From Paracoccaceae bacterium (GTDB lineage: Bacteria; Pseudomonadota; Alphaproteobacteria; Rhodobacterales; Rhodobacteraceae), in NCBI GenBank assembly GCA_050299695.1, contig JBNKWI010000001.1, positions 31,662 to 95,661 of the forward strand: 64,000 nt of DNA, read 5' to 3'. This document shows, in pieces, positions 9,702 to 19,764 of the stretch. The notes below the pieces were generated by a model. The model had not been told where the DNA came from. It ran no database searches and saw only the letters and a list, made by a program, of their open reading frames with translations. A program made the translations under genes and the position numbers. Positions within the stretch are counted from its first letter, which is position 1. Every line of letters begins with the position of its first letter.

Positions 9702-10541
9702 ATGTCTTTCAAATCCATTTCCGCCTGCATGGCGGGAACCGAACGCTATTCCGACGTGCTGCGAGCCGCCGCCGCGTTCGCCGAGATGATCGGTGGGCAT
9801 CTGTCGGTGCTTTGCGTGGGCATCGACCGGACCAACCCCAGCGCCTATTTCGCCGGGGCAGAGGCGATCCTGCTGCAAGACAATATCGAGGACGCCCGGA
9901 ACGATGCCGCCGAGGCCGAGAAGGTTGCGACCCGGATCCTGGCCGATTGGGTGATCCCCTGGGACACGCAGCCGGTCGTCACACAGCTCGGCACGCTGGG
10001 CGCGACGATCGGCGACGGCACGCAGTTGTCCGACCTCGTCATCTTGCCGAAGCCCTACGGACCGCAGTGCGATACCGCCGATGTGGCGATTCTCGAAGCC
10101 GCGCTGTTCCAGACGCGCGTGCCAGTCCTGGTGCTGCCGGAGGGGCAGGAAGACTGGGTCGATCCACACAAGGTGGTGATCGCCTGGAATCAGAGCCCCG
10201 AGGCTCTGGCCGCGATCCGCGGCGCGATGGGTTTCCTAAGCCGCGCCGATGAGGTCGAGATCGCTATCATCGACCCGCCGCGCCACGCCCCCGACCGGTC
10301 CGATCCGGGCGGCGCGCTGGCGCAGATGCTTTCGCGGCACGGGGTGCGCGCCAATATCAGCGTGCTCGCCCGGTCGATGGACCGGATCAGCGAGGTCTTG
10401 GCGCGCCACTGCGACGACCGGAACGCCGACATGCTGGTGATGGGGGCCTATGGCCATTCGCGCCTGCGCGAAGCGATCCTCGGCGGTGCCACCCGCAACA
10501 TGCTCGAGATCGCGCGGCGACCGATGCTGATGGCGCATTGA
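9702..10541 (+). CDS. Universal stress protein (tandem USP domains)
   Basis: C-terminal MLVMGAYGHSRLREAILGGATR; typical position between ccoN and fnrL. Confidence 0.92.
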   Translation: MSFKSISACMAGTERYSDVLRAAAAFAEMIGGHLSVLCVGIDRTNPSAYFAGAEAILLQDNIEDARNDAAEAEKVATRILADWVIPWDTQPVVTQLGTLGATIGDGTQLSDLVILPKPYGPQCDTADVAILEAALFQTRVPVLVLPEGQEDWVDPHKVVIAWNQSPEALAAIRGAMGFLSRADEVEIAIIDPPRHAPDRSDPGGALAQMLSRHGVRANISVLARSMDRISEVLARHCDDRNADMLVMGAYGHSRLREAILGGATRNMLEIARRPMLMAH

Positions 10542-10611
10542 GGCCAGGTCAGGCCTTGCTTCCCGGCAGCGGCGCGTGTGACTCTCGCGCGACCGCTGTT
10601 CGGAGTTGCCC

Positions 10612-11217
10612 GTGGACCTCCTGGCCATCGCCCTCGCCTTTCTCGTCGTCGCCGTCTCGCCGGGACCGGCCAACCTGGCCGCCGCAGCGACCGCCCTGCG
10701 CTCGGGCCGCGCGGCCGGGCTGTTGTTCGGCGCGGGTCTCGGGACCGGCCTGGCGCTGTGGGGCCTAGTCGCCGCAACCGGTCTCGGCGCGCTCCTGCAA
10801 GGATCCGCGACGCTGCTCGCGGGCCTCAAGTTCCTGGGCGGGCTCTATCTTTTCTGGCTCGCCATCCGCTCCGGCAGGGAGAGCCTGCGGCCCGCCGAAA
10901 AACCGGAAATCGCGCAGCGCGACGGGCGCTGGTTCCTCCGGGGCCTCGCCCTGAACCTCGCGAATCCCAAGGCCGTTTTCGCGTGGATGGCCGCGCTTTC
11001 CATGGGGCTCGGCACCGGCGGCGGCGGCGACCTCGCGCTGCCCACCGCGCTCTGCATGGCGATCGGATTTGCGAATTACGCGGGTTACGCCCTGGCGTTC
11101 TCCTTGCCCGGGATGATGGCAGGCTACCGCCGCCTTGCGCGCTGGATCGACGGCGTCGCATCGGCCCTGTTCGCGGCGGCCGGCCTCGGCCTGATCCGCT
11201 CGGCCCTCGCGCGCTGA
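10612..11217 (+). CDS. LysE/RhtB family translocator
   Basis: SPGPAN, GGLYLFWLA, NLANPKA; GGAG before the GTG start (TTG at 10606 is an alternative). Confidence 0.88.
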   Translation: MDLLAIALAFLVVAVSPGPANLAAAATALRSGRAAGLLFGAGLGTGLALWGLVAATGLGALLQGSATLLAGLKFLGGLYLFWLAIRSGRESLRPAEKPEIAQRDGRWFLRGLALNLANPKAVFAWMAALSMGLGTGGGGDLALPTALCMAIGFANYAGYALAFSLPGMMAGYRRLARWIDGVASALFAAAGLGLIRSALAR

Positions 11218-11224
11218 CGGGAGC

Positions 11225-11959
11225 TCAGACCAGCGGCCCGCCGTCGCTGTCGTCCCCGGTCTCGCCCACCAGCCGCTCGAAATCCGGAATGACGATCCGG
11301 CGCTTGCCCTCGAGCTCGATCAGCCCGTCCCGCTTCAGCGCCGAAACCTGGCGGCTGACGGTTTCGAGCGTCAGACCAAGATAATCCGCCATCGCCTCGC
11401 GCGTCAGCGGCAGGTCGACCTGATGCCGCGACGGCAACGAGGACCCGTCATGCGACCGCCGCGCGATGATCGCGATCAGGCTGGCGATCTTCTCGCGTGC
11501 CGTCTTCCGGCCCAGGAGCAGCATCCATTCCCGCGCCGCATCCAGCTCGTCGAGTGCCATCTCCAGAAGCCGCTGCGCGATATGCGGCGTGGTCACCATC
11601 ATCCGCTCGAAGGGCCGCTTGCGGAAGCAGCAGACCGTGACCTCCGACACCGCGGTGACCGTATAGGGCGCGGTCGTGCGCCCAGGCCGGCCGATGAAAT
11701 CCGACGGAAGCAGCAACCCGACCATCTGGGTCCGCCCGTCCTCCATGGTCTGGGTCAGGGTCGCGACCCCGGACACCAGCGAGGCCACGAAATCCATCTG
11801 GTCCCCGGCCCATACCATCGTCTGACCCGGGTCGTAGGACCGGTAATATTTCATGTCCTCGAGCATCTGCAGCTCGTCCTGCTCGCAACGTGCGCAGACG
11901 GCCCGATGCCGGATCGGGCAATCTCCGCACTGCAAGGATGCCTTTCCGGCTGCAGACAT
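11225..11959 (-). CDS. fnrL: O2-sensing Crp/Fnr regulator FnrL
   Basis: N-terminal CGDCPIRHRAVC Cys cluster; HTH ADYLGLTLETVSR. Confidence 0.96.
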   Translation of the reverse strand: MSAAGKASLQCGDCPIRHRAVCARCEQDELQMLEDMKYYRSYDPGQTMVWAGDQMDFVASLVSGVATLTQTMEDGRTQMVGLLLPSDFIGRPGRTTAPYTVTAVSEVTVCCFRKRPFERMMVTTPHIAQRLLEMALDELDAAREWMLLLGRKTAREKIASLIAIIARRSHDGSSLPSRHQVDLPLTREAMADYLGLTLETVSRQVSALKRDGLIELEGKRRIVIPDFERLVGETGDDSDGGPLV

Positions 11960-11991
11960 TTGGCTTCTCCTGCCATCGCTTGCCGGCGCTC

Positions 11992-12005
11992 TTGATCAGG
12001 ATCAA
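11992..12005. promoter_or_regulatory. FNR box between divergent fnrL and hemN
   Basis: Perfect TTGAT-CAGG-ATCAA. Confidence 0.93.
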
Positions 12006-12039
12006 GGACGGCCACCCGGTACCAACGCACTCTAGATCC

Positions 12040-13395
12040 ATGACAGACAAGACGCAATTCAGACGAATGGGGCTCTTCGACGCGCGCGTGCCGCGCTACA
12101 CGAGCTATCCGCCCGCAAACCACTTCGCCGGCGGCGTGGGGCCGTCGGACACGGATGCCTGGATCCGGGCGATCCCCGAGGGATCCCGGATCTCGCTCTA
12201 CGTTCACATCCCGTTCTGTCGGCGCCTGTGCTGGTTCTGCGCCTGCCGCACCCAGGGCACCACGACCAACGCCCCCGTCCGGTCCTACGTGGACAGTCTC
12301 ATTGCCGAGATCGCGCTGGTGGCGCGGTCGCTCCCGGCCGGGATCGCGCTGTCTCGGCTGCATTGGGGCGGCGGCACGCCGACGATCCTCGACCCGCGCA
12401 CGATCTCGCACCTCGCGGCGGCGATTTCGTCCGTCTTTCCCTTCGCGCCCGATGCGGAATTCTCGGTCGAGATCGACCCGAACGAGATCGACGGGCCTCG
12501 GCTCGACGCCCTTGTGGAAGCCGGCATGACCCGCGCCAGCATTGGCGTGCAGGATTTCGACCCCGAGATCCAGAAGACCATCGGCCGCGAACAGAGCTTT
12601 GCAATCACCAAGGCCGCCATCGACGGGCTCCGCGCCCGCGACATCGGCAGCCTGAATATCGACATGGTCTATGGCCTGCCGTGGCAGACAACCGACCGCA
12701 TGGCCGATTCTGTTCAGCGCGTCCTGTCGCTCAACCCGGACCGGGTTGCGCTCTATGGCTACGCCCATGTCCCCTGGATGGCCCGCCGGCAGACACTGAT
12801 TCCCTCGGATGCGCTTCCCACGCCGGAGGAGCGGCTCGATCTCTTCGATGCCGCGCGAGAACTCTTCGTCTGGGACGGCTACCGCACCATCGGCATCGAC
12901 CATTTCGCGCGCGGCGAGGACGGGCTTGCCGTCGCAGCCGCCGAGGGCCGGCTCCGCCGCAACTTCCAGGGCTATACCGACGATACCGCCGAGGTTCTGC
13001 TCGGCCTCGGCGCCTCCGCGATCTCGCGCTTCCCCCAGGGTCACGCGCAAAACCACCCCGCCACCTCGGAATACCGCAAGCGGATCGCCGCGGGCACGCT
13101 CGCCACCTCGCGCGGCCATGTGCTGAGCCCGGACGACCGCCTGCGCGGCGGGATCATCGAGATGCTGATGTGCGATTTCCGGATCGACGTGAAGGCGCTC
13201 GCTGCCCGGCTCGGAGTGGCGCCCGGCGGGATCACCCGACAGATCGCGGGGCTCGCAGAGGCCTTTCCCGGCATGGTCGAGAAGACCGAAACGGGGATCG
13301 AGATCACCGAGGCCGGACGCCCGATGACGCGGATCCTGGCGCATCACTTCGACGCCTACGCCTCGCCGGAAATGTCGCACAGCCGCGCCATCTGA
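12040..13395 (+). CDS. hemN: Oxygen-independent coproporphyrinogen III oxidase (radical SAM; HemN/HemZ)
   Basis: PRYTSYP, HIPFCRRLCWFCAC, WGGGTP, RNFQGY. Confidence 0.96.
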   Translation: MTDKTQFRRMGLFDARVPRYTSYPPANHFAGGVGPSDTDAWIRAIPEGSRISLYVHIPFCRRLCWFCACRTQGTTTNAPVRSYVDSLIAEIALVARSLPAGIALSRLHWGGGTPTILDPRTISHLAAAISSVFPFAPDAEFSVEIDPNEIDGPRLDALVEAGMTRASIGVQDFDPEIQKTIGREQSFAITKAAIDGLRARDIGSLNIDMVYGLPWQTTDRMADSVQRVLSLNPDRVALYGYAHVPWMARRQTLIPSDALPTPEERLDLFDAARELFVWDGYRTIGIDHFARGEDGLAVAAAEGRLRRNFQGYTDDTAEVLLGLGASAISRFPQGHAQNHPATSEYRKRIAAGTLATSRGHVLSPDDRLRGGIIEMLMCDFRIDVKALAARLGVAPGGITRQIAGLAEAFPGMVEKTETGIEITEAGRPMTRILAHHFDAYASPEMSHSRAI

Positions 13396-13407
13396 GCGCG
13401 TCCGCCG

Positions 13408-14352
13408 CTACCGCCAGTCGAAGAACCCCGCGCCGGCGCGCGCCAGAAGATCGCGCGCCATGGCCCGGCCCAGTTCGGCGCCGTCCTCGACCGGTGCCGT
13501 CCGATCCTCCGACAGCGCCTCGGACCCGTCGGTCCTCAGGATCTCGCCCCTGAGCCGCAACATCCCGCCATCAAGCTCCGCAAGCCCCGCGATGGGCGTC
13601 TCGCACGACCCGTCGAGCGCGCCCAGAAACGCCCGCTCCGCCGCCAGGCGCTGCCCGGTCTCAAGATGGTGAATCGCGTCGAGCAAGGCGCCGGCCCGCG
13701 CATCGTCCGCGCGCCGCTCCACGCCGATCGCCCCCTGCGCGATCGCCGGCAGCATTTCCTCGGGCGCGATCGCGGCCACCGCCACATGCGCCATGCCCAG
13801 CCGGTTCAGCCCCGCCATCGCCAGGAACGTACAGGCCGCGACGCCCTCCTCCAGCTTCCGGAGCCGCGTCTGCACATTGCCGCGGAACTCTACGACCTCC
13901 AGGTCTGGCCGCCGGTTCAGCAGTTGCGCCTTCCGCCTGAGGCTCGACGTGCCCACCTTCGTGCCCGGCGCCAGATCGGCCAGCCCCGCCGCGGCCGGTG
14001 ACACGAACGCGTCCCGCACATCCTCGCGCGGCAGAAAGCAGTCGAGCACCAGACCCGCCGGTTGCTGGACCGGCATGTCCTTCATCGAATGCACCGCGAT
14101 GTCGATCCGTCCGGCCGTGAGATCTTCCTCGATCTCGCGGGTGAACAGCCCCTTGCCACCGATCTCCTTCAGCGGCCGGTCCAGCACCCTGTCACCCGTC
14201 GTCTTGATGACCACGATCTCGAACGCGCCCAGCGGCAGATCGAAAGCGGCCGCCAGCCGGTCGCGGGTCTCATGCGCCTGCGCCAGCGCGAGCGGAGAGC
14301 CGCGTGTGCCGATGCGGAGCGGAGCGGTCGGGGTGGGAAGCTCGGGCGTCAT
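13408..14352 (-). CDS. hemC: Porphobilinogen deaminase
   Basis: [35 protein letters not shown]. Confidence 0.97.
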   Translation of the reverse strand: MTPELPTPTAPLRIGTRGSPLALAQAHETRDRLAAAFDLPLGAFEIVVIKTTGDRVLDRPLKEIGGKGLFTREIEEDLTAGRIDIAVHSMKDMPVQQPAGLVLDCFLPREDVRDAFVSPAAAGLADLAPGTKVGTSSLRRKAQLLNRRPDLEVVEFRGNVQTRLRKLEEGVAACTFLAMAGLNRLGMAHVAVAAIAPEEMLPAIAQGAIGVERRADDARAGALLDAIHHLETGQRLAAERAFLGALDGSCETPIAGLAELDGGMLRLRGEILRTDGSEALSEDRTAPVEDGAELGRAMARDLLARAGAGFFDWR

Positions 14353-14387
14353 GCCGCAGCAATACCGGGCGGCGTGCGTCTAGACAA
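14353..14387 (-). promoter_or_regulatory. Sigma70-type promoter placing +1 on the hemC ATG (leaderless)
   Basis: TTGTCT-N17-TATTGC-N6-ATG on the minus strand; no SD. Confidence 0.6.
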
Positions 14388-14445
14388 CTTGACATCGCCG
14401 CGCACAGAGCGGACCACCGGCGAAGATCGGGAGGGGGGAAACGAC

Positions 14446-15480
14446 TTGTCGGAAAAGAAGCTTCTCTTGCGCGCGCTTGCGGGCGAAACGCTCCCCGTGC
14501 CGCCGATCTGGATGATGCGGCAGGCCGGGCGCTACCTGCCGGAATACCGCGCCACCCGCGCGCAGGCCGGCGACTTCCTCTCGCTCTGCTACACGCCCGA
14601 CCTCGCCGCCGAGGTGACGCTCCAGCCGATCCGCCGCTACGGGTTCGACGCGGCGATCCTCTTCGCCGATATCCTGCTCGTCCCGCAGGCGCTCGGCGCC
14701 GATCTCTGGTTCGTCACCGGGGAGGGACCACGCCTGTCCACCATCGGCACCGAGGCCGATCTGGCCGCACTGAAACCCTCCGACGCGATCCACGAAACCC
14801 TTGCGCCCGTCTACGAGACCGTCCGCATTCTCGCCCGCGAATTGCCCCGCGCAACCGCGCTGATCGGCTTTGCCGGCGCCCCTTGGACCGTCGCGACCTA
14901 CATGATCGCGGGCCGCGGCACGCCCGACCAGGGCCCCGCCCACGCCCTCAAGGACGAAAACCGCCCGCTCTTCGACGCGCTGCTCGAGCGGATCACCGAA
15001 GCGACGATCACCTATCTCTCGGCCCAGATCGAGGTCGGCGCGGAAGTGGTGAAACTGTTCGACAGCTGGGCCGGTTCGCTCCGGGGCGCGGATTTCGAGG
15101 CCTACGCGGTCACGCCCGCCGCCCGCATCGTCGCCGCGCTGAAGGAGCGGCATCCGGGTATCCCGGTCATCGCCTTCCCGCGCGAGGCGGGCGAGGGCTA
15201 TGTCGGTTTCGCCGCGCGGACCGGCGCCGATTGCGTGGCGCTCGACAATTCCGTCTCGGCGGACTGGGCGGCAGCGCATGTGCAGGTCTCGGGCTGCGTC
15301 CAGGGCAATCTCGACCCACGCCACATGGTCACCGGCGGCGCCGCGCTTGTCGCGGAAACGCGCGCCATCGTCCGGGCCTTCTCGCGGGGCCCGCATATCT
15401 TCAATCTCGGCCACGGGATCACGCCCGACGCCGATCCGGACAACGTGCAGCGGATGATCGACGCGGTGCGCGGCGGCTGA
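14446..15480 (+). CDS. hemE: Uroporphyrinogen decarboxylase
   Basis: TTG start after GGAGGGGG; [27 protein letters not shown]. Confidence 0.97.
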   Translation: MSEKKLLLRALAGETLPVPPIWMMRQAGRYLPEYRATRAQAGDFLSLCYTPDLAAEVTLQPIRRYGFDAAILFADILLVPQALGADLWFVTGEGPRLSTIGTEADLAALKPSDAIHETLAPVYETVRILARELPRATALIGFAGAPWTVATYMIAGRGTPDQGPAHALKDENRPLFDALLERITEATITYLSAQIEVGAEVVKLFDSWAGSLRGADFEAYAVTPAARIVAALKERHPGIPVIAFPREAGEGYVGFAARTGADCVALDNSVSADWAAAHVQVSGCVQGNLDPRHMVTGGAALVAETRAIVRAFSRGPHIFNLGHGITPDADPDNVQRMIDAVRGG

Positions 15481-15484
15481 CGCC

Positions 15485-16012
15485 TCAGAAGCGGAAATTG
15501 ACCGAAAGGTTCAGGGTCGTCGTATCGAGCTCCAATCCGCTCAATTCGAAATCGCTGAATTGCTGCCGCAAGACCTCGGCGCCCGCCGTGGTATGCCTGT
15601 TGATGTAGGTTTCGTACCCGATTCCGAAATAATAGCCGTTGGAATTGGCAATTGTCCCCGTTCCGTCATCGACGGAGGCGCGCGCCCAGCCGAGCGTGCC
15701 GTAGTACCAGTCGTTGCCCACATCGACGCCGGCGCGCGCACCGACACGCAGGGTTTGGTCGAGGCTGTTGCCGTCGCCCAGATCGACATCCGCCCCATCC
15801 CAGGATATTCCGCCGCCGAGCACGTAACCACCTACATCCACGTCATAATTTGCCCGGACACGATAGCCGAGATCGTCGCCGCCAAGGGCGCCGCGCCAAT
15901 TCGCGTCGACGTATCCGGCACCGGTACCGAAGGACAAGCCGCCCCAATCGTCGGCAAGTGCCATTGTCGGAGCGAAGAGGACGAAGAGGGGCAGAAGCCT
16001 CGATACCGCCAT
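15485..16012 (-). CDS. Small outer-membrane beta-barrel protein
   Basis: Signal peptide ending ALA, alternating beta strands, C-terminal VNFRF; lower GC than neighbours. Confidence 0.8.
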   Translation of the reverse strand: MAVSRLLPLFVLFAPTMALADDWGGLSFGTGAGYVDANWRGALGGDDLGYRVRANYDVDVGGYVLGGGISWDGADVDLGDGNSLDQTLRVGARAGVDVGNDWYYGTLGWARASVDDGTGTIANSNGYYFGIGYETYINRHTTAGAEVLRQQFSDFELSGLELDTTTLNLSVNFRF

Positions 16013-16137
16013 ATCTGTGATTCCCGGCCTTACTTCGTCACAAGCTGTGATCGAATTTGGGCAGAGATAGGGCAGCACGCGCTAACAATTCGTAATTGTC
16101 GCAAGACTTCTTCAGAATGACTGCGATTGTTTATTAA

Positions 16138-16914
16138 CTAATTAGCAACTGTTCCGATAACCGCCACAATTGCCACAAAAAACCCCGCTTCGCTGATCTG
16201 CTGCGTCGCCCCGAGGCAGTCTCCGGTATAGCCGCCGAGCCGCCGCTCGAAGATCCGCCGCATCGCCAGATGCCCGATCGCGGCACCGGCCAGCCCCGCC
16301 ACCGCCACAGGCATCCCGGCGCCGAACCCCAAGGGCAGCAGCGCAAGAAGAGAGACCGCAGCGACAAGACCCATCCCGCCGCCCGCACCGGCCACGGATC
16401 GCCCCGTGCCTTCGTCGCGCACATAGTCCGATGTCGCGATCACGACCACGGCCGAGGCCCGGCTCAGCGCATGGCCAGCGACCAGCACCGCGGGCACGGC
16501 CGCCGCCGGCAGGGCGGCAAGCGCCGCCACCTTGACGGCCAGCACCGACACCATCCCCAGCACCCCGTAGGCGCCGATCCGGGAATCCTTCATGATCTCC
16601 AGCACCCGCGCCTTGTCCGCCGCCCCGCCCAGCCCGTCGCAGCAATCGGCGAACCCGTCCTCGTGCAGCGCCCCGGTGACGAGGATTCCGGCCACCGTGG
16701 ACAGGATCGCCGCGAGCGCCGGCGGAAACACCAGCGCCGCCAGCCACCAGACCAGCGCGGCAATCGCGCCGACCAGCACGCCCACCGCCGGATACCAGCG
16801 CGGCGTCGCGATGGCCCGCTCGGGGCTCCAGTCGGGCGACCCCACCGGCAGCCGGGTGAGGAACTGCACCGCGAGCCGGAACCGGGCCCAACGCTCCAGG
16901 CTCCAACCGCTCAC
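16138..16914 (-). CDS. cobS: Adenosylcobinamide-GDP ribazoletransferase (cobalamin synthase)
   Basis: QFLTRLP, TGALHEDGFADCCDG, IMKDSRIGAYG, GGYTGDCLGA; GTG start inferred. Confidence 0.93.
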   Translation of the reverse strand: MSGWSLERWARFRLAVQFLTRLPVGSPDWSPERAIATPRWYPAVGVLVGAIAALVWWLAALVFPPALAAILSTVAGILVTGALHEDGFADCCDGLGGAADKARVLEIMKDSRIGAYGVLGMVSVLAVKVAALAALPAAAVPAVLVAGHALSRASAVVVIATSDYVRDEGTGRSVAGAGGGMGLVAAVSLLALLPLGFGAGMPVAVAGLAGAAIGHLAMRRIFERRLGGYTGDCLGATQQISEAGFFVAIVAVIGTVAN

Positions 16915-16927
16915 GGCCTTGGCCCGC

Positions 16928-17545
16928 TCACCGCGCCGTCGACCATGCGAACCACAGCGCCACGAGCGCCAGGAGCAGCGAAAGCGCCCGGCGCACCGCC
17001 CGCTCGCGCGCGGGCTGTAGCACCAGGGGCCGCACCGCGCCGGCCAGCAGCACCAGCCCGGCATGGATCGCCGTCGCCACCGCAACATAGACCGCCGTCA
17101 ACAGGAGCGCTTGCGGCAACGCCGCCGCCGCTCCGTCGACGAAGCCCGGCAGAACGGCCACGAAGAACAGCGCCGCCTTGGGGTTCAGAAGATTCGTGAC
17201 CAGCCCGCGCCGGAACGCCGCCAACGGGCCGACCCGATGCGGCAGATCCGCCGTGCCGTCCGCGCCGCGCCAGCCGTCCCAGGCGAGCCAAAGGAGGAAC
17301 GCAATCCCGCACCACCGCAGCACCGTCCAGAGGAACGGCGAGGCCGCGACGACCGCCGCGAGTCCCAGCGCGGCGCCGCCGCCCACCAGCGCGAGCCCCA
17401 GCGCCACGCCGCAGACCGCCGCAAGCCCCGGCCGCCGCCCCTCGGCGAGGGTCACCAGCACCAGCCAGGCCATGTTCGGCCCCGGCGTGAGCTCGATCAG
17501 CGCCGAAGCCAGTGCGAAAGCGCCGAGAGCCGTCTCCGAGGCCAC
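16928..17545 (-). CDS. LysE/RhtB family translocator
   Basis: ELTPGPNM, NLLNPKAALFF. Confidence 0.9.
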   Translation of the reverse strand: MASETALGAFALASALIELTPGPNMAWLVLVTLAEGRRPGLAAVCGVALGLALVGGGAALGLAAVVAASPFLWTVLRWCGIAFLLWLAWDGWRGADGTADLPHRVGPLAAFRRGLVTNLLNPKAALFFVAVLPGFVDGAAAALPQALLLTAVYVAVATAIHAGLVLLAGAVRPLVLQPARERAVRRALSLLLALVALWFAWSTAR

Positions 17546-17551
17546 GCGCCG

Positions 17552-18442
17552 TCAGATCCATTTCGCGACCGGCGGCAGGCTCATCAGCACCGCGTTCGCG
17601 TCATGCCCGGTCTCGAGCCCGAATTTCGTGCCCCGGTCGTAGACCAGATTGTACTCGGCATAGAGCCCGCGATGGACAAGCTGCGCTTCCTTCTCGGCCT
17701 CGCCCCAGGCCAGGTTGCGTCGCCGCTCGACCAAGGGCACGAAGGCTGGCAGGAAGGCCCGGCCGACATCCTGGGTGAACACGAAATCCGCTTCCCAGTC
17801 GCCGCTGTTCAGATCGTCGTAGAAGATCCCGCCCACCCCTCGCGCTCGCCCCCGGTGCGGCACGAAGAAATACTCGTCCGCCCAGGCCTTGAAACGCGGG
17901 TAGAGATCGGCCCCGTGCGGCGCACAATGCGCTTCGAGCACGCGATGGAAATCGGCGGTGTCTTCGGGATACTCGATGCAGGGATTGAGGTCCGACCCGC
18001 CGCCGAACCACCAGGCGCCGGGTGTCCAGAACATCCGCGTGTTCATGTGGACCGCTGGCGTATGCGGGTTCTGCATATGCGCCACGAGACTGACCCCCGA
18101 GGCCCAGAACCGCGGATCGTCTTCCATCCCCGGAACGCCCCGCGCCGCCATCGCCTTCTGCGCGCGCGCCCCGAGGGTGCCGTAGACGGTCGAGACGTTG
18201 ACGCCGATCTTCTCGAACACGCGCCCGCCGCGCATCACGCTCATCAGCCCGCCGCCGGCATCGCCGCCATCATCCGCGGCGCGTTTCGTCTCCGTGACCT
18301 CGAACCGCCCCGGCGAAAGATCGGCGAACGGGCCGGACGCCTGGCTGTCCTCGAGCGCCTCGAATGCCGCCACGATCTGGTCGCGCAGGGTGCGGAACCA
18401 GGTCGAGGCCCGCCCCTTCTCGGCTTCGAACGATTCTGCCAC
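17552..18442 (-). CDS. hemF: Oxygen-dependent coproporphyrinogen III oxidase
   Basis: HMQNPHTPAVHMNTR, WWFGGGSDL, RGVGGIFYD, EYNLVYDRGTKFG. Confidence 0.97.
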   Translation of the reverse strand: MAESFEAEKGRASTWFRTLRDQIVAAFEALEDSQASGPFADLSPGRFEVTETKRAADDGGDAGGGLMSVMRGGRVFEKIGVNVSTVYGTLGARAQKAMAARGVPGMEDDPRFWASGVSLVAHMQNPHTPAVHMNTRMFWTPGAWWFGGGSDLNPCIEYPEDTADFHRVLEAHCAPHGADLYPRFKAWADEYFFVPHRGRARGVGGIFYDDLNSGDWEADFVFTQDVGRAFLPAFVPLVERRRNLAWGEAEKEAQLVHRGLYAEYNLVYDRGTKFGLETGHDANAVLMSLPPVAKWI

Positions 18443-18546
18443 GGTGTCCTCCCCTGCTTCCGACCGGGTGCTAGCAGCTTTTGCGGGCGCTGCCCACTCG
18501 CCGCAAGCCGTTCCGCCGGGCGCCCGGCTCTGCTATTGTCGGCGGC

Positions 18547-18930
18547 ATGACACGGTCGCTCTGCACCCTCGCCCTCGGCCTCGCACTCGGTCTCGCCGCC
18601 TGCGCAAGCCCCGAGGAACGCTGCGTGATCGCAGCGACGAAGGAACGCCGCACGGTGGAGGCGCTGATCGCCGAAACCGAGGCGAATCTCGCCCGCGGCT
18701 ACGCCATCGACCGCGAGGCCGAACGGCGCCCGCGGCTCACCTTCTGCGCCGGAAGCGCACGTTCGAATGTGGGGATGTCCTTCTGCACACGCGAAGACAT
18801 CGTCTACCGCGACCGGCCGGTGGCGATCGACCCCGAGGCGGAACGCCGGAAACTCGCGCTGCTCAGGGAACGGAAGGCCCGGCTCGACGCCGCCGCCGAA
18901 CGCGACCTCGCCGCCTGCCGCGCCGCCTGA
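18547..18930 (+). CDS. Hypothetical lipoprotein
   Basis: Lipobox LAAC after a hydrophobic signal peptide; four further Cys. Confidence 0.8.
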   Translation: MTRSLCTLALGLALGLAACASPEERCVIAATKERRTVEALIAETEANLARGYAIDREAERRPRLTFCAGSARSNVGMSFCTREDIVYRDRPVAIDPEAERRKLALLRERKARLDAAAERDLAACRAA

Positions 18931-18954
18931 CCGCCGGGCGTCCCGGGTCGGGCG

Positions 18955-19764
18955 CTAGTGCGCCGCGCCCGCGACGGCGTCGATCAGCGTCCGGCCGCCA
19001 TCCACCGTCAGGATCTGCCCTGTCATGAAGCCCGAGGCGTCCGAGGCGAGAAACTGCACCACTTCCGCCACCTCCTGCGCACGGGCGATCCGCGCGAGCG
19101 GCGTATGGCCGATGATATCGTCGCGGAGCCCGTTGTTGTCCTTCAGCGCCCCCTGCAACGACCCGCTCAACACGCTGCCGAAGGCCACCGCGTTAACCCG
19201 GATCCTCTCCGGCGCCAGCGCCACCGCCATCGACCGCGTCATCTGGTCGACCGCCGCTGACGACACCGAATAGGCCAGAAGCTCCGGCTGCGTCCGCCGC
19301 GAGGCGATCGAGGACAGGTTGATGATCGACCCGACGGGCCCTTCCGACTGCCCGTTGCTCTCCGCCTGCGCGATCATCCGCTTGGAAAAGATCTGCGACA
19401 GCCTCAGCGCCGTGATCAGGTTCTGGTCGAGAAGCGTCGACACCGCGGCATCGTCCGGATCGAGCGGGTCCGCTGCCAGCATCTGCCGGCTCGCATTCAC
19501 CAGGATATCCACCCGATCGAACGCGTCGAGCGTGGCCGAAAGCAGGTTCGTGCAGGTCAGCTTCTGCCGCAGATCGCCCGCGAAATAGCGTACCGGGCTG
19601 TCGTCGCCCAATTCCTCGCCCAGCTCCTGGACCAGCTTCTTCTCGTCCATGTCCGCGAACACGACATTCGCGTTGCGCTCCTGGAAATGCCGCGCCACGG
19701 CGAGGCCCACGCCATTGGCCGCGCCGGTGACGACGGCCGTCTTGCCGGCGATGGAAAAGCTCAT
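18955..19764 (-). CDS. SDR family oxidoreductase
   Basis: TGAANGVG, IRVNAVA, TGQILTVDGG; catalytic YxxxK appears as YSVSS. Confidence 0.9.
   Translation of the reverse strand: MSFSIAGKTAVVTGAANGVGLAVARHFQERNANVVFADMDEKKLVQELGEELGDDSPVRYFAGDLRQKLTCTNLLSATLDAFDRVDILVNASRQMLAADPLDPDDAAVSTLLDQNLITALRLSQIFSKRMIAQAESNGQSEGPVGSIINLSSIASRRTQPELLAYSVSSAAVDQMTRSMAVALAPERIRVNAVAFGSVLSGSLQGALKDNNGLRDDIIGHTPLARIARAQEVAEVVQFLASDASGFMTGQILTVDGGRTLIDAVAGAAH

Noticed and set aside
14353-14445. Replication origin upstream of hemE, as in Caulobacter and rhizobia
   Set aside because: The gap is only 93 bp, GC-rich, has no DnaA boxes and is explained by divergent hemC/hemE promoters
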